In this document: positions 1 to 13,701 of the stretch, in pieces
Position numbering within the stretch: position 1 is the stretch's first letter
Layout: each line of letters opens with the position of its first letter
DNA from: Vermamoeba vermiformis
Taxonomy: Eukaryota
DNA length: 64,000 nt
Direction: 5' to 3'
Assembly (NCBI GenBank): GCA_045837725.1
Contig: JBEWZL010000239.1
Location: 558,001-622,000, forward strand
Position numbers and translations under genes: made by a program
The notes under the pieces: generated by a model
The model's database searches: none
Seen by the model: the letters and a program-made list of their open reading frames with translations, nothing else
Told to the model about the DNA's origin: nothing

Positions 1-1537
1 TGGCTTGCACATTATTCGTGTCTATCAGACGGAACAGACGCATTGAATTGTCGTTGGCACTGATGAGCACTGCAGGCCATTCAGCACTCGACATGGCTGT
101 GTGGAACTCTCTGAAGGCAATCGAGTTGATCGACTTGCCTTTTGTTTCAATAATCTTCTTTTGTCCTCGCCAATGGAACTCGACGAGGTCGTATTCGTAC
201 CAGCGAACAAAGCCTTCAGAGTCACCCAAGAACATGAGATCGCCGTGTGTGTTGAATGTAATGCACTTGACTACTGCGCCAATGGAGATTGTTTGCAGTA
301 ATTTGCCTGTGCTCGAGTTGTACACTTTCACCACTCCACGTCCATTGCCAGTGACAATGGCATTATTGTTTTCAGGGTGAAATCTGCAACAGTGAATCGG
401 TGCGTCATCAGTTATCGTGCGAATTAATTTGCCGGTCTTTGTGTCCCAAATGCGCAGTGTTTTGTCGGTCGAGACTGACGCGATCGAGTCATTCAATTGC
501 GACCAGTCAATGTCTGAGAGGTGTTAGTACTCGGTATTAACCCTGCACATTAAGTGCGTACCTAGCACTGCTTCAGAGTGACCAAACAAGGTCAACAGGA
601 CGCGTGGCGGGTCTGACATGAGTGACGCAATTGAGACTGTGTGGTCTTGTGAGGCCATGGCAAACAGATCTTTGCTCTTGTTGGCGAATTTGACAGTGGT
701 GACTGATTGACACGTGTCAGTGTGATTGGTGCGGTCGAATGGACAGTTACTCACCTGCATTGGTGTGGTGCGCGAAGATGTGGTGCATGCCCGCAAAAGC
801 ATATGCCTCGTTGACTTTTTGCGTGCCAGTGACCGGATCTAACTTCATCGGAGACTTGGGTGTGTCTGACTTCTTTTCTTTCTGTTATATAACACCAATT
901 CAGTTTACGGTTTTACAGGCGAATTTCTGTGCGGTACACATCCGAGGTTTATTTCACTTACCTTCAATTTGTCTGCGTTCCTGCAATTAAAAAATTAGAA
1001 TATTGCATAAAGGTGAACGATGGTCATATTTAACATCAAATATTAGCTTCGTTCATTAATTTTGTGTGGATTAACTTACTCCAGGTTCAGTGTTTTGTTT
1101 CGTTGCGGGTAATATGCATTTAATATTTTTTCTCTCAGTAATAGATAATCTCCTCGGCGGTCATTTGGTTTCTAATGCGTATAATACGTTAATAATATTT
1201 AAAATGGAATTGAATTAATTTCACGAGTGGATCTTATAGCACCCCAATTTAATATTGCAAAAGTAAGCGTGATAATTACCCGAGCAATTAATTCTTTGGC
1301 CTTCACTTTGTTGGTTAATAATAATTTGCGACACTTGACGTAGTGACTTTCACCGCCTGGCTTATCTTCCGCTTTAATAGGTGGTCTGTAAATAGCAAAT
1401 GAATCGTCCATAGTAACAATTTCTCGATATAATTCTGGCGCCACTTCAGCAGTGACCCTTGTACTCGAATCCGACGCCTGCACGTTAGTCGTTAATTAGC
1501 TTTGTACCGAGTAAACCGCTCAATGTGTACATACCAT
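1..1537 (-). CDS. WDR13: WD40-repeat protein, WDR13-like (multi-exon; 3' end runs off the window)
   Basis: Spliced translation gives EAYAFAGMHHIFAHHTNA-VTTVKFANKSKDLFAMASQD...GHSEAV...DWS...DKTLRIWD, which resembles the WDR13 'NYAFAGMYHVF...VRFAND' segment. The ATG at 1537 is followed by a GT intron. Confidence 0.75.
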
Positions 1538-1647
1538 TGTGTTGTTTGTATAATAGGTGATATTCAATGTCAGCCAAAATGCTGTCGAAATTTATTTGAA
1601 AAACTTCACCAGAACAATTCGGGATCAGTAGACGATTTATTGAGGAC

Positions 1648-3224
1648 CTAGTCAAACAATGAGGCACTCTCTTGACTACGTGAAGCTACACCTAACAAGA
1701 AGTGGTAGAACATGAAAGTGACTAATTTGGCAGTGCGATAACCTTCAATTTGTGGGTTGAATTCGCTCATATCGAACAGTTTAACCTAATAAGCAAATAA
1801 TATTAATATTTACGCCGCTCTATGTTTGGGGTATATAGTGGTACATACTTGTGGTGTCTTGCCGGCAATGTAACAGATGTCAAAGGCTTCTTGTGCTGTC
1901 AGTCCCACATTGGCTGGTGCGCTAACTCCCTACATGTGACACGTGTCAAACAAGGACCTGTACAAAGCGAGCCGGTGATTAGATTCAAGTACTTACCGGG
2001 CAGTCTGCGCTGCTGATCGAGTCGATGTCAAACGAGACAAAGATGTGATCACCGAGCTTGCTCAAACACTCTTTGAACTTCTCAACTGCTACACTTGTAG
2101 AGCCGTTCTAGCAACGCAGTTAGTAATCTATTAAGAATATTAGCAGGGCCAGTCATGCATACCCTTAGCTTAGAGAGTGGCACGATGAAGTTCTGTGGCC
2201 GCATCAGCACGTAGTTCCAATGTTCCGCGCTGCACTGACTGCCTTGCACAGCAAATTCACAGAACACACCTTCTTTGAATCGATCTGCACGGAGTGAGCA
2301 TACATTTGATGCACGATATGTGATTACTGACCGTCTTCTAGTAACAGTCTGAACGGTGAGCCACTGTGCACACGACCTTCTTTCTTGGGTCTGACATCGA
2401 GGTGCGCGTCAATGTTGATCACACCGACCTTGCCACTGCAAAGAGTTAACAATCGCTGGATGTCAATCGCGTGGTCTACTCACCCGACACTCGACTGCAC
2501 GTGGGCGAGTAGTGCTGAGGCGTTGGGATAGGACTGGTCATTGCCTCCTCCGACCACGAAGGGAATGCCACCATCTGATGACACGTGTCAGTCGGTGTGT
2601 CAATGATCCAACACAATAAGTTATTGCACTGATTGGTCACACTACTTACTGTTGAGAATTTCAAATACTTTCTTTGTCAAGTTCTCGTGTGCTTCTTCGA
2701 GTGCGGATTCAGACGAGGCAGTCACGTCACCTGCATCAGATATGCGCAGTTTTCTACACAAGGCGCAAATTTAAGATGTGTTCGTGTTTGAATGGTGATC
2801 TAATGCTACCTGAGGTCAAGGAAGTCATATTCTGGATTCACTACAGTGCCCATTCGTTGAACAAAGCTAAAGTGTACATAATGAGCCCAATAGCTTGAAA
2901 ATTAAACTGCATTTCATACCTTCGCATCGTGCTGGGTCCTAATTGAGCTCCGACGCGGCCTCCATTTCTTCTGACACCTTCGTCAAAAGGAAATCCGAGC
3001 AACACGACGTCTCCGTCCGTGCCTTTTAATTAAAATATATTCATTATTAATAAAGAAATACATTGACAATTTTAGAATTTATTTGAAGATTTTTGGGCTT
3101 GTCTAAGTCAGTTTGCAATTTCATATGATGTTTTGCCACGTTAACACAGCGTACCTTTAGTAATGATATGGCCAAGCTTAGGATCATCGGTTTTGTACTC
3201 TTCAATAAAATTGAATGCGCTCAT
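1648..3224 (-). CDS. Arginase/ureohydrolase family protein, probably formiminoglutamase (HutG-type), multi-exon
   Basis: Motifs [57 protein letters not shown] and DMSEFNP are present. The stop is at 1648-1650. Confidence 0.85.
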
Positions 3225-3306
3225 GGTTGCCTGTTGCTTGTGTGTAGGTAACTGAATTTATTCTCTGAACGGAACTCAAAGAAACAACACAACAAATTAA
3301 TTTCTA

Positions 3307-4117
3307 ATGGGCCAAAAGAACTCTGGATTGAGCAAAGAAGAGATTACTCAAGTTGAGAAGGAGGCTAAGACAAGTAATGACGAATAATAAATTCTAATTT
3401 CACATTTTCATTATATTGGAATTAACCATTGCACTTATAGCAACGGGAGATACCTCAAAATTAGCGAAGCAGTTTAAGTCGTTCAGCGATAAAGACGGCA
3501 AAGTACCAAGATCAGCATTTAAAGACATCATCACGAAGCATTATGGCGGCGAAGATAACACTTTAGTGCGAATTATATTCAATATTTTCGACAAAGATGG
3601 TGATCAGTAAGTCTGTTTAACGTTCTTAATTTATTTTGTGTCAATTCAGCTAATATGCTATCAGAAATATCGATTATCGCGAGTTTTTGTTGACCATGTC
3701 TGCTCTTGGCAACTCTAATCTTGAAGAGACTATTGAAGTGGCATTCAGAAGTTTTGATTTGAACAATGACGGTACCATTAGCCGAGGTGAGGCAGATCAA
3801 GTCAATTTCAGTTATAGTGCTAACCTTAGTTTGATTTAGAGGAGCTAAGAGCTGTAGCCGTCACTCAGACCAAGTTGCGCAAGTACGTTGGAGTATATAA
3901 GCGCGCTAAGCCCATCACACAAATCGTGTTGGATCCGAAAGACACCGTGGACTGCTATCACAAAGCCGACACAGTGTTCGATGCGCTCGATGTCAACAAG
4001 GACCGCAGCATTACCAAAGACGAGTTCATTCAGGGCTGTGCTGCCAATCCTGAGGTCAAAAAGCTCGTGTCTGAATTGTTCTTAGTGCAAGTGCCTAAAG
4101 AGCTATTTGCTCAGTAA
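3307..4117 (+). CDS. Myristoylated EF-hand calcium sensor (NCS-1/frequenin/calcineurin-B-like)
   Basis: The N-terminus MGQKNS fits a myristoylation pattern. EF loops DKDGDQ, DLNNDGTIS and DVNKDRSITKDEF are present. Confidence 0.85.
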
Positions 4118-4178
4118 AGAAGAGTTCATTAAATAAGGCTTGCTTTACTATTTTACATTAATTGGGCGGTGCGTTGTA

Positions 4179-6227
4179 TCAGCTGCTCGAGTGACTGTTG
4201 GACGGTGAGTCAGACTGTGACCCTGACTGCTGTTCGGAACTTGAACTCGTGTCAAGCACCATGCTGGTGGTGTCAGTGAGCTTGGGCCGAATGGAGTCCG
4301 TCATATTGGAGGGCGAAGAGACTTTGAGCGGACTCGCCTGACTGACTGGTGACTGCGTCTCTTCTGTGGCACTGCGATGTGACACGACTTGCGCCTGTTG
4401 CGTGTGGTTGTCAACACTGCTGCGAGTGCTGCGCTTGTTTGACGTGTTCAACGATTGAATAGGCGTGCCTAATAAGGAGTCAGACTTTGAACGCGGATGT
4501 ACTGTTATTACGAGACTAAGAATTTCTCCGCGTGATGGGTTGACACGCAGCGGAACAAAATCACAGCAGTAAATTAGCGGACTTACCTCCCGCACGAATG
4601 GCTATGAGCAGTGTAGCCGAGCAAATATCAAAGCCTACGACAGTAAGGGATGTAGTAACGAGCCAACTAGTTGCTGAGCCGAATGCAACAATCGAACCGA
4701 GAGTGCCGAGCAATGAGAGCACGAGACCACTGCCACCAACGATCATAAGTACCGTAGCCTATTGTTTTTGTTAGTATATGAATTATTACAATTCTGTTCG
4801 ACTTGCCTTCTTTCGTCTCGCCCAGATTTTGCCCATTTTCTCGCTCTTTTTCATGTAAGCCAAGAGGCGCGAGGCTGTTAGTGAGTAGAAAATGATGACA
4901 CCCGTCAAGATGAACATGTAGTATGAGTAGACGACGATGAATGCCGTGCCGAACAAGTTCTTCACCACAATGCGCACTACAATCGCACTGGCTTCGAGTG
5001 CAAGTGCGAGGAACACAATCACGATGAAGGGCCAGAACATCTTGCGCAAGAACGGATTGATCTTCAGCGAGTAGAGCTGCAGACTCTCGTGCCAGTACAG
5101 CGTGACGAGCAGTGCAGATGACAGTGAGAATGGTACGTGAAGAGTGCCCACTGCATTCTGCACCTCCCACGTGTAGATGCGAAAGCCGAGCGGATCCACC
5201 AGCATTAACAAACGGACTGTGTTGAGGTCAATACGAGGTGCTGAATGGTTTCGAGTACTTACGGATGTTGGCGATAATCTCGATCCAGATCAAGAGATGA
5301 GTAATGCTCAATTTACAACCGTTGAACCATCGTAACACTGCCTGGAACTTGATGCCCCCGAAGATAATGAGGCCCAGAGAGATGACGCCGAGCACTATTT
5401 GCATGACATACAGCCCTGGACTTGAGAACGTGGCGACCCACTGGTTCTGTTGTGGATCAATGATGACATTCTGCACCGTGATGTTGGCGTCAAGATTAGC
5501 GGCTATTTTGTCGTAGTCCTCGCCGTGCACTTCAAATGCGGGCAAGACGAGCGGCACTGTCTTGCCTTGACGCAGAAAATTGGTGAACCCCAATATCGCT
5601 GCCAATGGGTTAGTGTACTGTTGCTTTGTTGATTGACATTGACACGCGTCAGTATTTTTCTGAAAGATAAAAATAGAATTCAAATTTAAAAAAGTTGCGT
5701 GACCTCAAACGGAGTATCTTATTTGTAGCCCGTGGATTGAAGTTTAAAACTCGGCTTAAAGTTCTAGAACCACTTGAATTCAAGTTTAAGGAGCAGTACT
5801 TACAACTAACACTTCGGAATATGACTGCGCGTGCTCCGTTGTCAGCGAGGCCTTGTACCTGCGTCTCTAATGGGAGGTTTAACACGCACAAGACCACCGC
5901 ATCCGTAATGTTTTCAGCATCGCATGGCACGAGTCTATCAAAGGTCATGACTATGGTCGTATTAGGCACTACTGGCACCGCCGTCAGTATTTCAACGACC
6001 AATATCAATAAACAAATGGTGACTTACTTGTTGGCACCACTTCAAAGGTGAGTGTTTGTGTCTCGTCGTTAGACAACAGCAGATCTAGTTGTAACTGTCC
6101 CTGGGCTAACGCAGCAAAAACTATAGGAATTTCATTAGTGTTTGAATGAGGATTCAATTCATGTGGTTATATTAATATACGTACTGATTAGAATGGCCCA
6201 AGTAAAAAGTTGGATCTGTTTTTTCAT
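4179..6227 (-). CDS. Membrane protein with signal peptide, PA (protease-associated)-like ectodomain, about 7 TM helices and a Ser-rich tail
   Basis: The N-terminus is hydrophobic and is followed by PA-like 'C..ENITDAVVL...LADNGARAVIF...LPAFEV'. Seven hydrophobic segments lie in ORFs 5228-5683, 4786-5211 and 4561-4746, followed by a Ser-rich ORF at 4179-4595. Confidence 0.65.
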
Positions 6228-7108
6228 GATTGGTCGTGTGGGTTCCTTCACATTTACAAGAATATAATAAATGATATGATGAATTTACCGCTTAAATAGG
6301 CCGCGTCGGAACAAGGACCTTAAATTGTGTGTCCTCGAGGCAAAGATCAGCGTGAAATTTAGCTTCGTTCCAAATTTAGCACGTAAGTAGATTTACATTT
6401 TAAAGAAATATGGACCGTTGATAGATGCAACAACACGTCAGTCATATTATAATACGAGCGTAGTTCACTGCGTTATTTGTATTCGCGAAAGAGTTATTAA
6501 ACATCATGCAATTAAATTAAGTTAGGCATGTTCCTATAATTGCTAGTTGATTACTATGGCATCATCGAAAATTTATAACAGTAGATTGCAGCAATTATTA
6601 TTGAGTTAAATTAATTGAAACTGCGAGATCTAAAGTTTTTGAATTCAGTATTTCCTACGCATACATCACGCGGTATATTCATATAGCCTTATTTGAATTT
6701 ATAATATTGGTGGCAGCAAGCATATTTTAGTAGGTATTGTAGTCAATAAATTATGTCATTATTGTAAACCTTTACCTGCGTCAATATCCGAAATCAATTC
6801 GTATGTATGCAAGGTAATGAGCAAGCCATTATCTCGGCTGTTGCTAGTTAGATTATATTGATGTTATGCGCAATGTGTGATATTGATTTGGCGCTGTATT
6901 TGATAAACAAATCAGAAATATCGAACAACCTTTTCAAATCATTAAAAAGAATCGAAAACAACAAAATCAAGCTACTGATTACTCAGTTTAGTCATTAGCT
7001 TGTTGTATATATTGTAAATTTTATATAGAGTAGTAGCCAGGCCATAACGCGCAGAAGAAAGCAGATCTGTATTGGAATTTAGTCGTTCAGTCGTAAAAGG
7101 TTATTAAA

Positions 7109-8016
7109 ATGGAAGGAACATGGGTATTTGGATATGGATCGATTATTTGGAAGCCTGCATTCTGCTACGAGACCAAGTAAGTAATTTCAGACCGGATCTT
7201 TTGTTGAAAAATATTAAGGAAATTTTGAAATAGAATCTGCGGCTTCATTAAAGGATATAAGCGAAGGTTTTGGCAAGGTTCGAACGACCACCGCGGTACC
7301 GTGGTAAGTGATTTGTTCGGCAGATATTTAAAATTATTGGTTTTAATGATAATACCAGATCTTTAACCGTTGTGCATCGATTGTGAATATTAAAATTCAT
7401 TTGTTTCATTAGGAGCAACCTGGTCGCGTGGTGACATTGGTCCCCTCAAAGAACGTAAGTCTCCACGGAATCCGTGCCCGGGTTTTCGAACTAAAATTTA
7501 TTCCTTATTTAGTCTGAAAAAGCGTGTTATGGTGTCTGCTACAAAATTCCTGCTGGACGTGAGGCTGAAGTCATCGAAAACCTGGATTTCCGCGAGCGTG
7601 TAAGTGAATCGGAGCAAATCTAGTCTGCGCGTAAGCTAACTTCAATTTCGCAGGGCGGCTACACTAGAACAGCAGTGCATATGTACACTGATGCTAGTCC
7701 CACTGAACCCGTTATTCTCAATGCAGTTATCTACATTGGAGTCTGCAATAACGAGCAGTGGCTTGGTCCTGCTCCGCTCGATGAAATCTCGCAGCAGATC
7801 GCCATTGCTGTAGGCCCCTCTGGCAAGAACATCGACTATTTATTCAATTTAGCTGCTAGTCTCCGCGAACTTAATGTAAATGACGCACACATCTTCGAAT
7901 TGGAGCGACGAGTCAAGTTGTCGATCTCATCGCCCACACTGCGCTCGTTGAGTGTTGAGCGTGTTGAATTACCACCTGCGAGTCAAGTTGATAGCGCGCA
8001 GGTTATTGTAAATTAA
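7109..8016 (+). CDS. CHAC: ChaC-family glutathione-specific gamma-glutamylcyclotransferase
   Basis: Motifs WVFGYGSIIWKP, RRFWQGSNDHRGT, PGRVVTL, LDFRE.GGY and GPSGKNIDYL are present. Confidence 0.93.
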
Positions 8017-8297
8017 TATCAACAATTGTTAATAAAATAATGTCAAATTCACTCTGGATCGGGATGAAGTTTTATTTCGTTTCGTTTGCATGCAAAACAT
8101 ATTTGTTCGCTCGCCAAAAATGATTCTAACACTACTAATAATAACAACGGTGAAGTTACTCGCTGCAAGGCTTTTTGACCTAACAGCGAGGTGTTTGTAC
8201 AAATGAAAAAGAATACAAAATTACGCTAGATTATGTGCCTAGCATTCTATGAGGATTAAAGGCATATACAAAATTATCCTAGAGAGCGTACCAGCGA

Positions 8298-11173
8298 TTA
8301 GGCCTTAGTCTCAGCAGCATTGACGCTGATCCGCTCCTCAGGATTCGTGTCTTGTGAAGTGCTGTCTGACCGATCAGTGAGTGGTCCTTCCATCATCGTG
8401 AAGTCTTTGAACGACTCCATCAACTTCTCTGTTGTAGGGGTCATGCGTCGTTCACCCTCCAAGTCCTCTTCAGTGGCTGTACGATGAACAGTGAGTGACA
8501 AGATCCAATTAAGAAAACTACTTGAAAACGCTTACCCTTCTTGTAGTCATTGATTTCAGCCGCCAACAGCGGGTCTTTGTTGTCTTGGGCAATTTTCTCA
8601 ACATCCTAAGCAAGCTTGTTAGTCTCTATGACAGTTTTGACACGTGTCAAACTACGTACGGGAATGACAGGCACGTATGGCGGTAAAATGAGTCGTTTTT
8701 CAAGCTTGGGCCAGTCAAGTCCTTCAAAGAACGCGTGTTGTTTCAGTTCATTCACGCCATCAGGACCTGAGCCAAGTCGTTCTTCAGGACGACGTTTCAA
8801 CAACTTTTGAATCAAGTCCATTGCGGCCTTGGAAACAAAGCTCGGGAACTCGACGTGCCCTTTGATGGCATTCAAATAGAGCTCGTTGCGATTGGCTGAG
8901 ACGAATGGACTGCGCCCAGTCAACATCTCGTACAACAAAATGCCCACGCTCCACCAATCGACTGCCTTGCCGTGACCAATGCCCGTGATGATTTCAGGCG
9001 CCAAGTACTCAGGAGTGCCGCAGAATGTGCGCGTTGTCTGACCCTCGCCCTTGCCACCAACACTGGTGATGCCTTTCTTGGACAGACCAAAGTCAGTCAA
9101 CTTAATGTGACCTTCGCTGTCCAGCAACAAGTTCTCGGGCTTCAAGTCCTATGAATGTAACTTAGATAAAAAGATTCCCCAGCGTTCACTATGCAAGTGC
9201 TTACTCGATAAATAATGTCGTGGCTGTGCAAGAAGTCGAGTGCGAGAATGACCTCTGAGATGTAAAAGCGACACAAATCTTCGGGGAAGCGACCGGCACT
9301 GTCAGTAGCGTTAGTATTATAATGCATGGTTATACTCGAGTTGATGGTACTTACTTCCTCAAGTGATAGAACAGCTCTCCTCCGCGACAGAATTCAATCA
9401 CAAGGTACAGCTTTGATCGTGTTTGGAATGTGGCGTATAATCGCACCATGAATGGGTGTTTGAACTGCGACAACACTTCGCGCTCAGTGTTCGTGTGGTC
9501 AATCTGATTCTTCTTGTACAACTCTTCTTTCTTCAAAATTTTCAACGCGTACAGTTTGCCGTTGTCCAATTTGCGCACCAAAATTACTTTGCCAAAACTG
9601 CCAACACCCAGAACTTTGAGCATCTGGAAGTCGTGTAAAGTAATGCGCTTGTTGGGACTAAACGGCTTGATTTTAGGGACGCGAAGGTAATTCGGTGACA
9701 TGTTGTTTGTGTTGTTTGGATTGGGGATTGAAATGGCCGAAGAGGCGAGATTGTTATTATTGGCATTAGGACTCGTGTGATTCGAGTTATTGGTATTGGC
9801 ATAGCCACCACTGCCATTGAGGCCTGGCACGGGCTGTTCTGGACTCATTGAAATCGGTGTGGTGCCGTTGGGACTGTTAGCGGGACTAGGACTGGTGCTG
9901 CTGGCATTAGAACTGCCGCCAGTGACACCAATCTTGATCGGATTGGTCGTAGGACTGCCCACTGACATGCTCAGTCTGTGGCCACCTGACGACAGGAGTG
10001 GCGGCTTTTCAACCGTAATTCTAAGTGCAATGTTAGTACTCGGCGCTCAAGTGTCACAATGTGCACGACACTTACTTGGTGTTGGAGAAGGCGTGGCTGC
10101 CAGGGCCAGGGCTGCGATCACGGTCCACGCGCTCAGGACTGCCAGGGGCAAAGAAATCATCGACGTCATCGGGCTCATCGTCCGTGTCAATAAAACTCTT
10201 TTGAATTGGTGGTGTGGTAGCAGTGGTGTCTTTAGGCTCAAAATCTTCGGGCATCACTCGCTGTCTGTTTACAACTTGCGCAACTTTAAATTTCCTGAAC
10301 GCTTCGACGACTTTTGTTGCCTATTTGCCAGAGTTGGTCAGATCCGCAATTAAAATAAATAAACAATCTGTCAATGACGAAGGGCCAATTTTGAATAATA
10401 TTTGAGCAGATTTCTCCGCACACAAATTGATCAGGAGGAAGTATCCGGATTTACCTGTTCTTCGGAGTCTGCTTCGAAACTATACCGATGGAAGAATGTC
10501 AACTGAAATTTGTGTGGTTCATTAGGATCCTTGTCAATTCTAAAAACAAGGTCGGTTACCAAATCCGTCGTTGATAAAATTGGAATTAATTGCTTACGAA
10601 TAGACATCAGAGGCTTTAGCAAACCATTGGCAATTCTTGCCGTTCAAATTGCTTACTCCAGAATCAGATACTGCAAGCGTTCTAATTAAAATGAATCAGT
10701 GTTTGACACGAAATGATCTAAATTTCGTGAGTGTCACGGGTTTAATTAAAAAGCGGTTTGGTAACTAACGAATGCAAATTAATATATAATTTTGACACTA
10801 GAAACCGTATATAAAACGATGCTGCGTTAGTTGTTTGCCGGATATGATAAGGTTTACCTTCGTTGGCGCTTGCCATAGGCATTTATCTTTATGACTGGGA
10901 ATAATAAACATGGGTCTGAATGTTCAATCAATTCATCTCCTCGTCTACGTAATATATTGAATGTATTTTTTCTGCGGATTGGAAAGCTCTCTCGTTGGAT
11001 CTTTTCTTGTTTCCTCTTTTCTCGTCTCTCTTCCCGTGCCTTCTGAGGATTTGTACCGTTTTTATCGTTATTATCTGTAATAGAATTAATCATAAATTAG
11101 CAGCTCCAATGGAGATAATTGGATGTTGATCAACTAAAAAATATTTTGACGTTTAATCACCTGTCGGCTCCAT
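8298..11173 (-). CDS. AGC-family Ser/Thr kinase (PKB/SGK/S6K-like) with an N-terminal PH-like domain and an Asn/Ser-rich linker
   Basis: Kinase motifs [36 protein letters not shown] and DWWS, plus the hydrophobic motif FKDFT. Upstream exons ([13 protein letters not shown]...[10 protein letters not shown]) splice in frame. Confidence 0.88.
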
Positions 11174-11455
11174 TCAATTAATTTATCCAAAATTGAATTA
11201 CAGGTCAACAAATAAGATCCTAATCTCTTAATTGCTGCTTTTCTGTGGCTCTTTCGATTAGAAAATAAGAAAATTTGTTCGTTTCAAATCGCCTGTCAAA
11301 ACGTCAGAAAAAATGTCAACGCAGGAACAAATGAGGTACTCGCCGAACTGCTGTATTAACATCGCGGCTATCACATTATGCTATTATACAGCTACATACG
11401 TGCTGGGGAGTATTAAACGAGAGGTCGATTGAAGGCATAAAGCGGATGCAACATC

Positions 11456-13561
11456 TCACCTTTTATTGTTTGCGTTGTTCGCTGGTTCATCCATTATATG
11501 CATCTCATCGCTGTTATCGTCGTTGTCTTCGCCAAAAATATTGTAAGGCTCCCAAGTCGTGCCCGCAGTATCACCTTCATTGCCCATCTCTTGGATCAAG
11601 CTCTCCAAGAAGCCCATGTTGTCTCCACCACCAAAATGACTCATATCTGTGTGTGCCGTGTCATTTAGTGGCTCAATGTCGCTCAATTCATCGTCGCTGT
11701 CTTCGCTGTCGTGTTGATCTGCAGGCAACAATGGTTATAAAGAGTTGTCGACCGAAATGTGATATATTGATTTACCTTCTTTGTCATTGCCCTCTTTAGC
11801 GCTAAATTCATCTTCGTCTTCATCTTCATCCACATTCGTCTCACTAGTGCGTGTTGGGCCTTCTTTTGCCTGTTCAACCATCTTCTTCAACTTTGTCTTC
11901 ATTGTTTTGCGTACTGTTCGCAATTGAGTGTTTGAAAGCCAGCCATTTAGTTTCTAATCAAAGGTTATTATAACTATAAACAGTGTAGTCTTGCATCACT
12001 TACGTCGCAATCTTTTTTGTCTGACACGAGCAGTTTTTGAATGTCTCGGTCGTCAATATCTACAAATTGATACAATGTTTGACGTTGTGTTGGCGGAGCT
12101 GCGAATGTGTGTTGTGCATCGACCTGTGTCACGTCCCTATATGACGCGTTAGCCTTCCTGACGGGCATTAAATTACGTACTTTTCCTTTTCAGTTTTCTC
12201 TACTACTTCACCCGTGGCCAATTCTTGCATGTCGATATTTAGCGGCAGTTTGGTACGTCGTGGCCGTTTAGTGACTTCAGGATCTCGTTTGTAAATTGTT
12301 AGTCCTTCCATTTCTTCGGGCTTGACACGGAAGTCAATCACTTGATAGCTGTTGATACGACATCAGTATGAATATGAGAAGTGTATTGAGCACGCACATC
12401 TTGCTTTCAGGATGTTTGCGCGGATCATAGCCATATTTGACCCAAGTATGTCGCCAGGGTCCATTTCTGAAGAAATAAGCCACGGTCGGCAACACAGCCT
12501 TGAATCGTTTGACATCTTGTGGCGGCACGTTCATTTCTAAAGCTTGTCGCGTCCAGATTGGCCGTTCATCGAACTTCTCAATCAATCTGCTTCGACATTG
12601 CAACTCGAGCTCGGTCAATTGGTCTGTTTTCATCGGTGACTCTTTGGGAATTTCTTGTGACTCGTAGTCGAGAATAAATGCACCGACTCTCTTGCCACGT
12701 GCTCGTTTGGGGACCAATCGTCGCACCACCTGACATGATTAGCAAGAGGTACATTGCAAGCGTAGATTATTTGAACGTACTTTGTTGCCTTCGATGACCT
12801 CTTCTACTTTGAACAATGGATTGGGTGCATAGCTATATACATCAGTTAGATGTTACTAATGAAGTTGTATAGTCAGAACGACGTACTTATAATTGAAAGG
12901 CACGTCCATGCGCGAGAACATTGGCGGGGGCAAATGAATGGGCTCGTTCTTGTCCTCTGCTGGCAACTCATCGCTTTGTTCTAATGATGCGTCAGTAACA
13001 GTGTGCTAGCTGATATGATGAACTTACTATTAGGCTCTATCTTCTCTTCAGTGAAGACATAGCGCGGTACCATGTATTGAAAGTCAGCCATGCCGCGGAA
13101 TCGAAAAGTTGTTGGGATCAGACCGACTATCTCGGTATCAAACTGCTTTGTCGTTTTATCGCGTGTTACTTTCAATAATAAATTGCTCGATGTAATTTTA
13201 TCACCAAATATTGGGTGGCTGTATGGATCGTCTGGCCTAAAATTGAGCGGCAAAAAGTCAACTTTGTCATTGCTCGCCGCAACCTGTTAAAAAAATTGTA
13301 AATAATATTACAAAAATTAGGAAAGCGATTTGGCGCGGTTTGCACGTTAGATCCAGTTTTCGTTCGCAAGCAATCCATACTTACTCGTTGAATTGAACCC
13401 ATGCCACCAAGGGTATCTACTGCTTTATCTACATTTTTCACATTGCCTGGATATTCTACGCAAACGAACTTCTTTGTAGGCAGGGATTTGACTTCTGCTT
13501 TTTCGTACTGCGGCAGATCAGCCGACTGATCAATTTGCATGCTCTCAACCTCGTTGGACAT
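11456..13561 (-). CDS. GTF3C5: TFIIIC subunit 5 (Tau95/TFIIIC63)
   Basis: Motifs CVEYPGNVKNVDKAVDTLGG, FRPDDPYSHP, FRFRGMADFQY, FDERPIWTR and GPWR..WVKYGYDPR, with an acidic tail. Confidence 0.93.
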
Positions 13562-13701
13562 CTTGAATGATTGACTTGAGGTCCACGGTGGTCCGTTTAA
13601 GAAGGAAATACATTTTGGCCAAAACTTCAGCCTCCATTCTCAAAATAAGCGAACACAACTAAATATATACCTGTAATTATATTGATATACTTATTAATCA
13701 T

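Noticed and set aside
6230-7108. Longer AT-rich gap as a hidden gene or element
   Set aside because: No ORF of 60 aa or more, no terminal repeats and no recognisable RNA motif were seen, so it is treated as a divergent promoter region.
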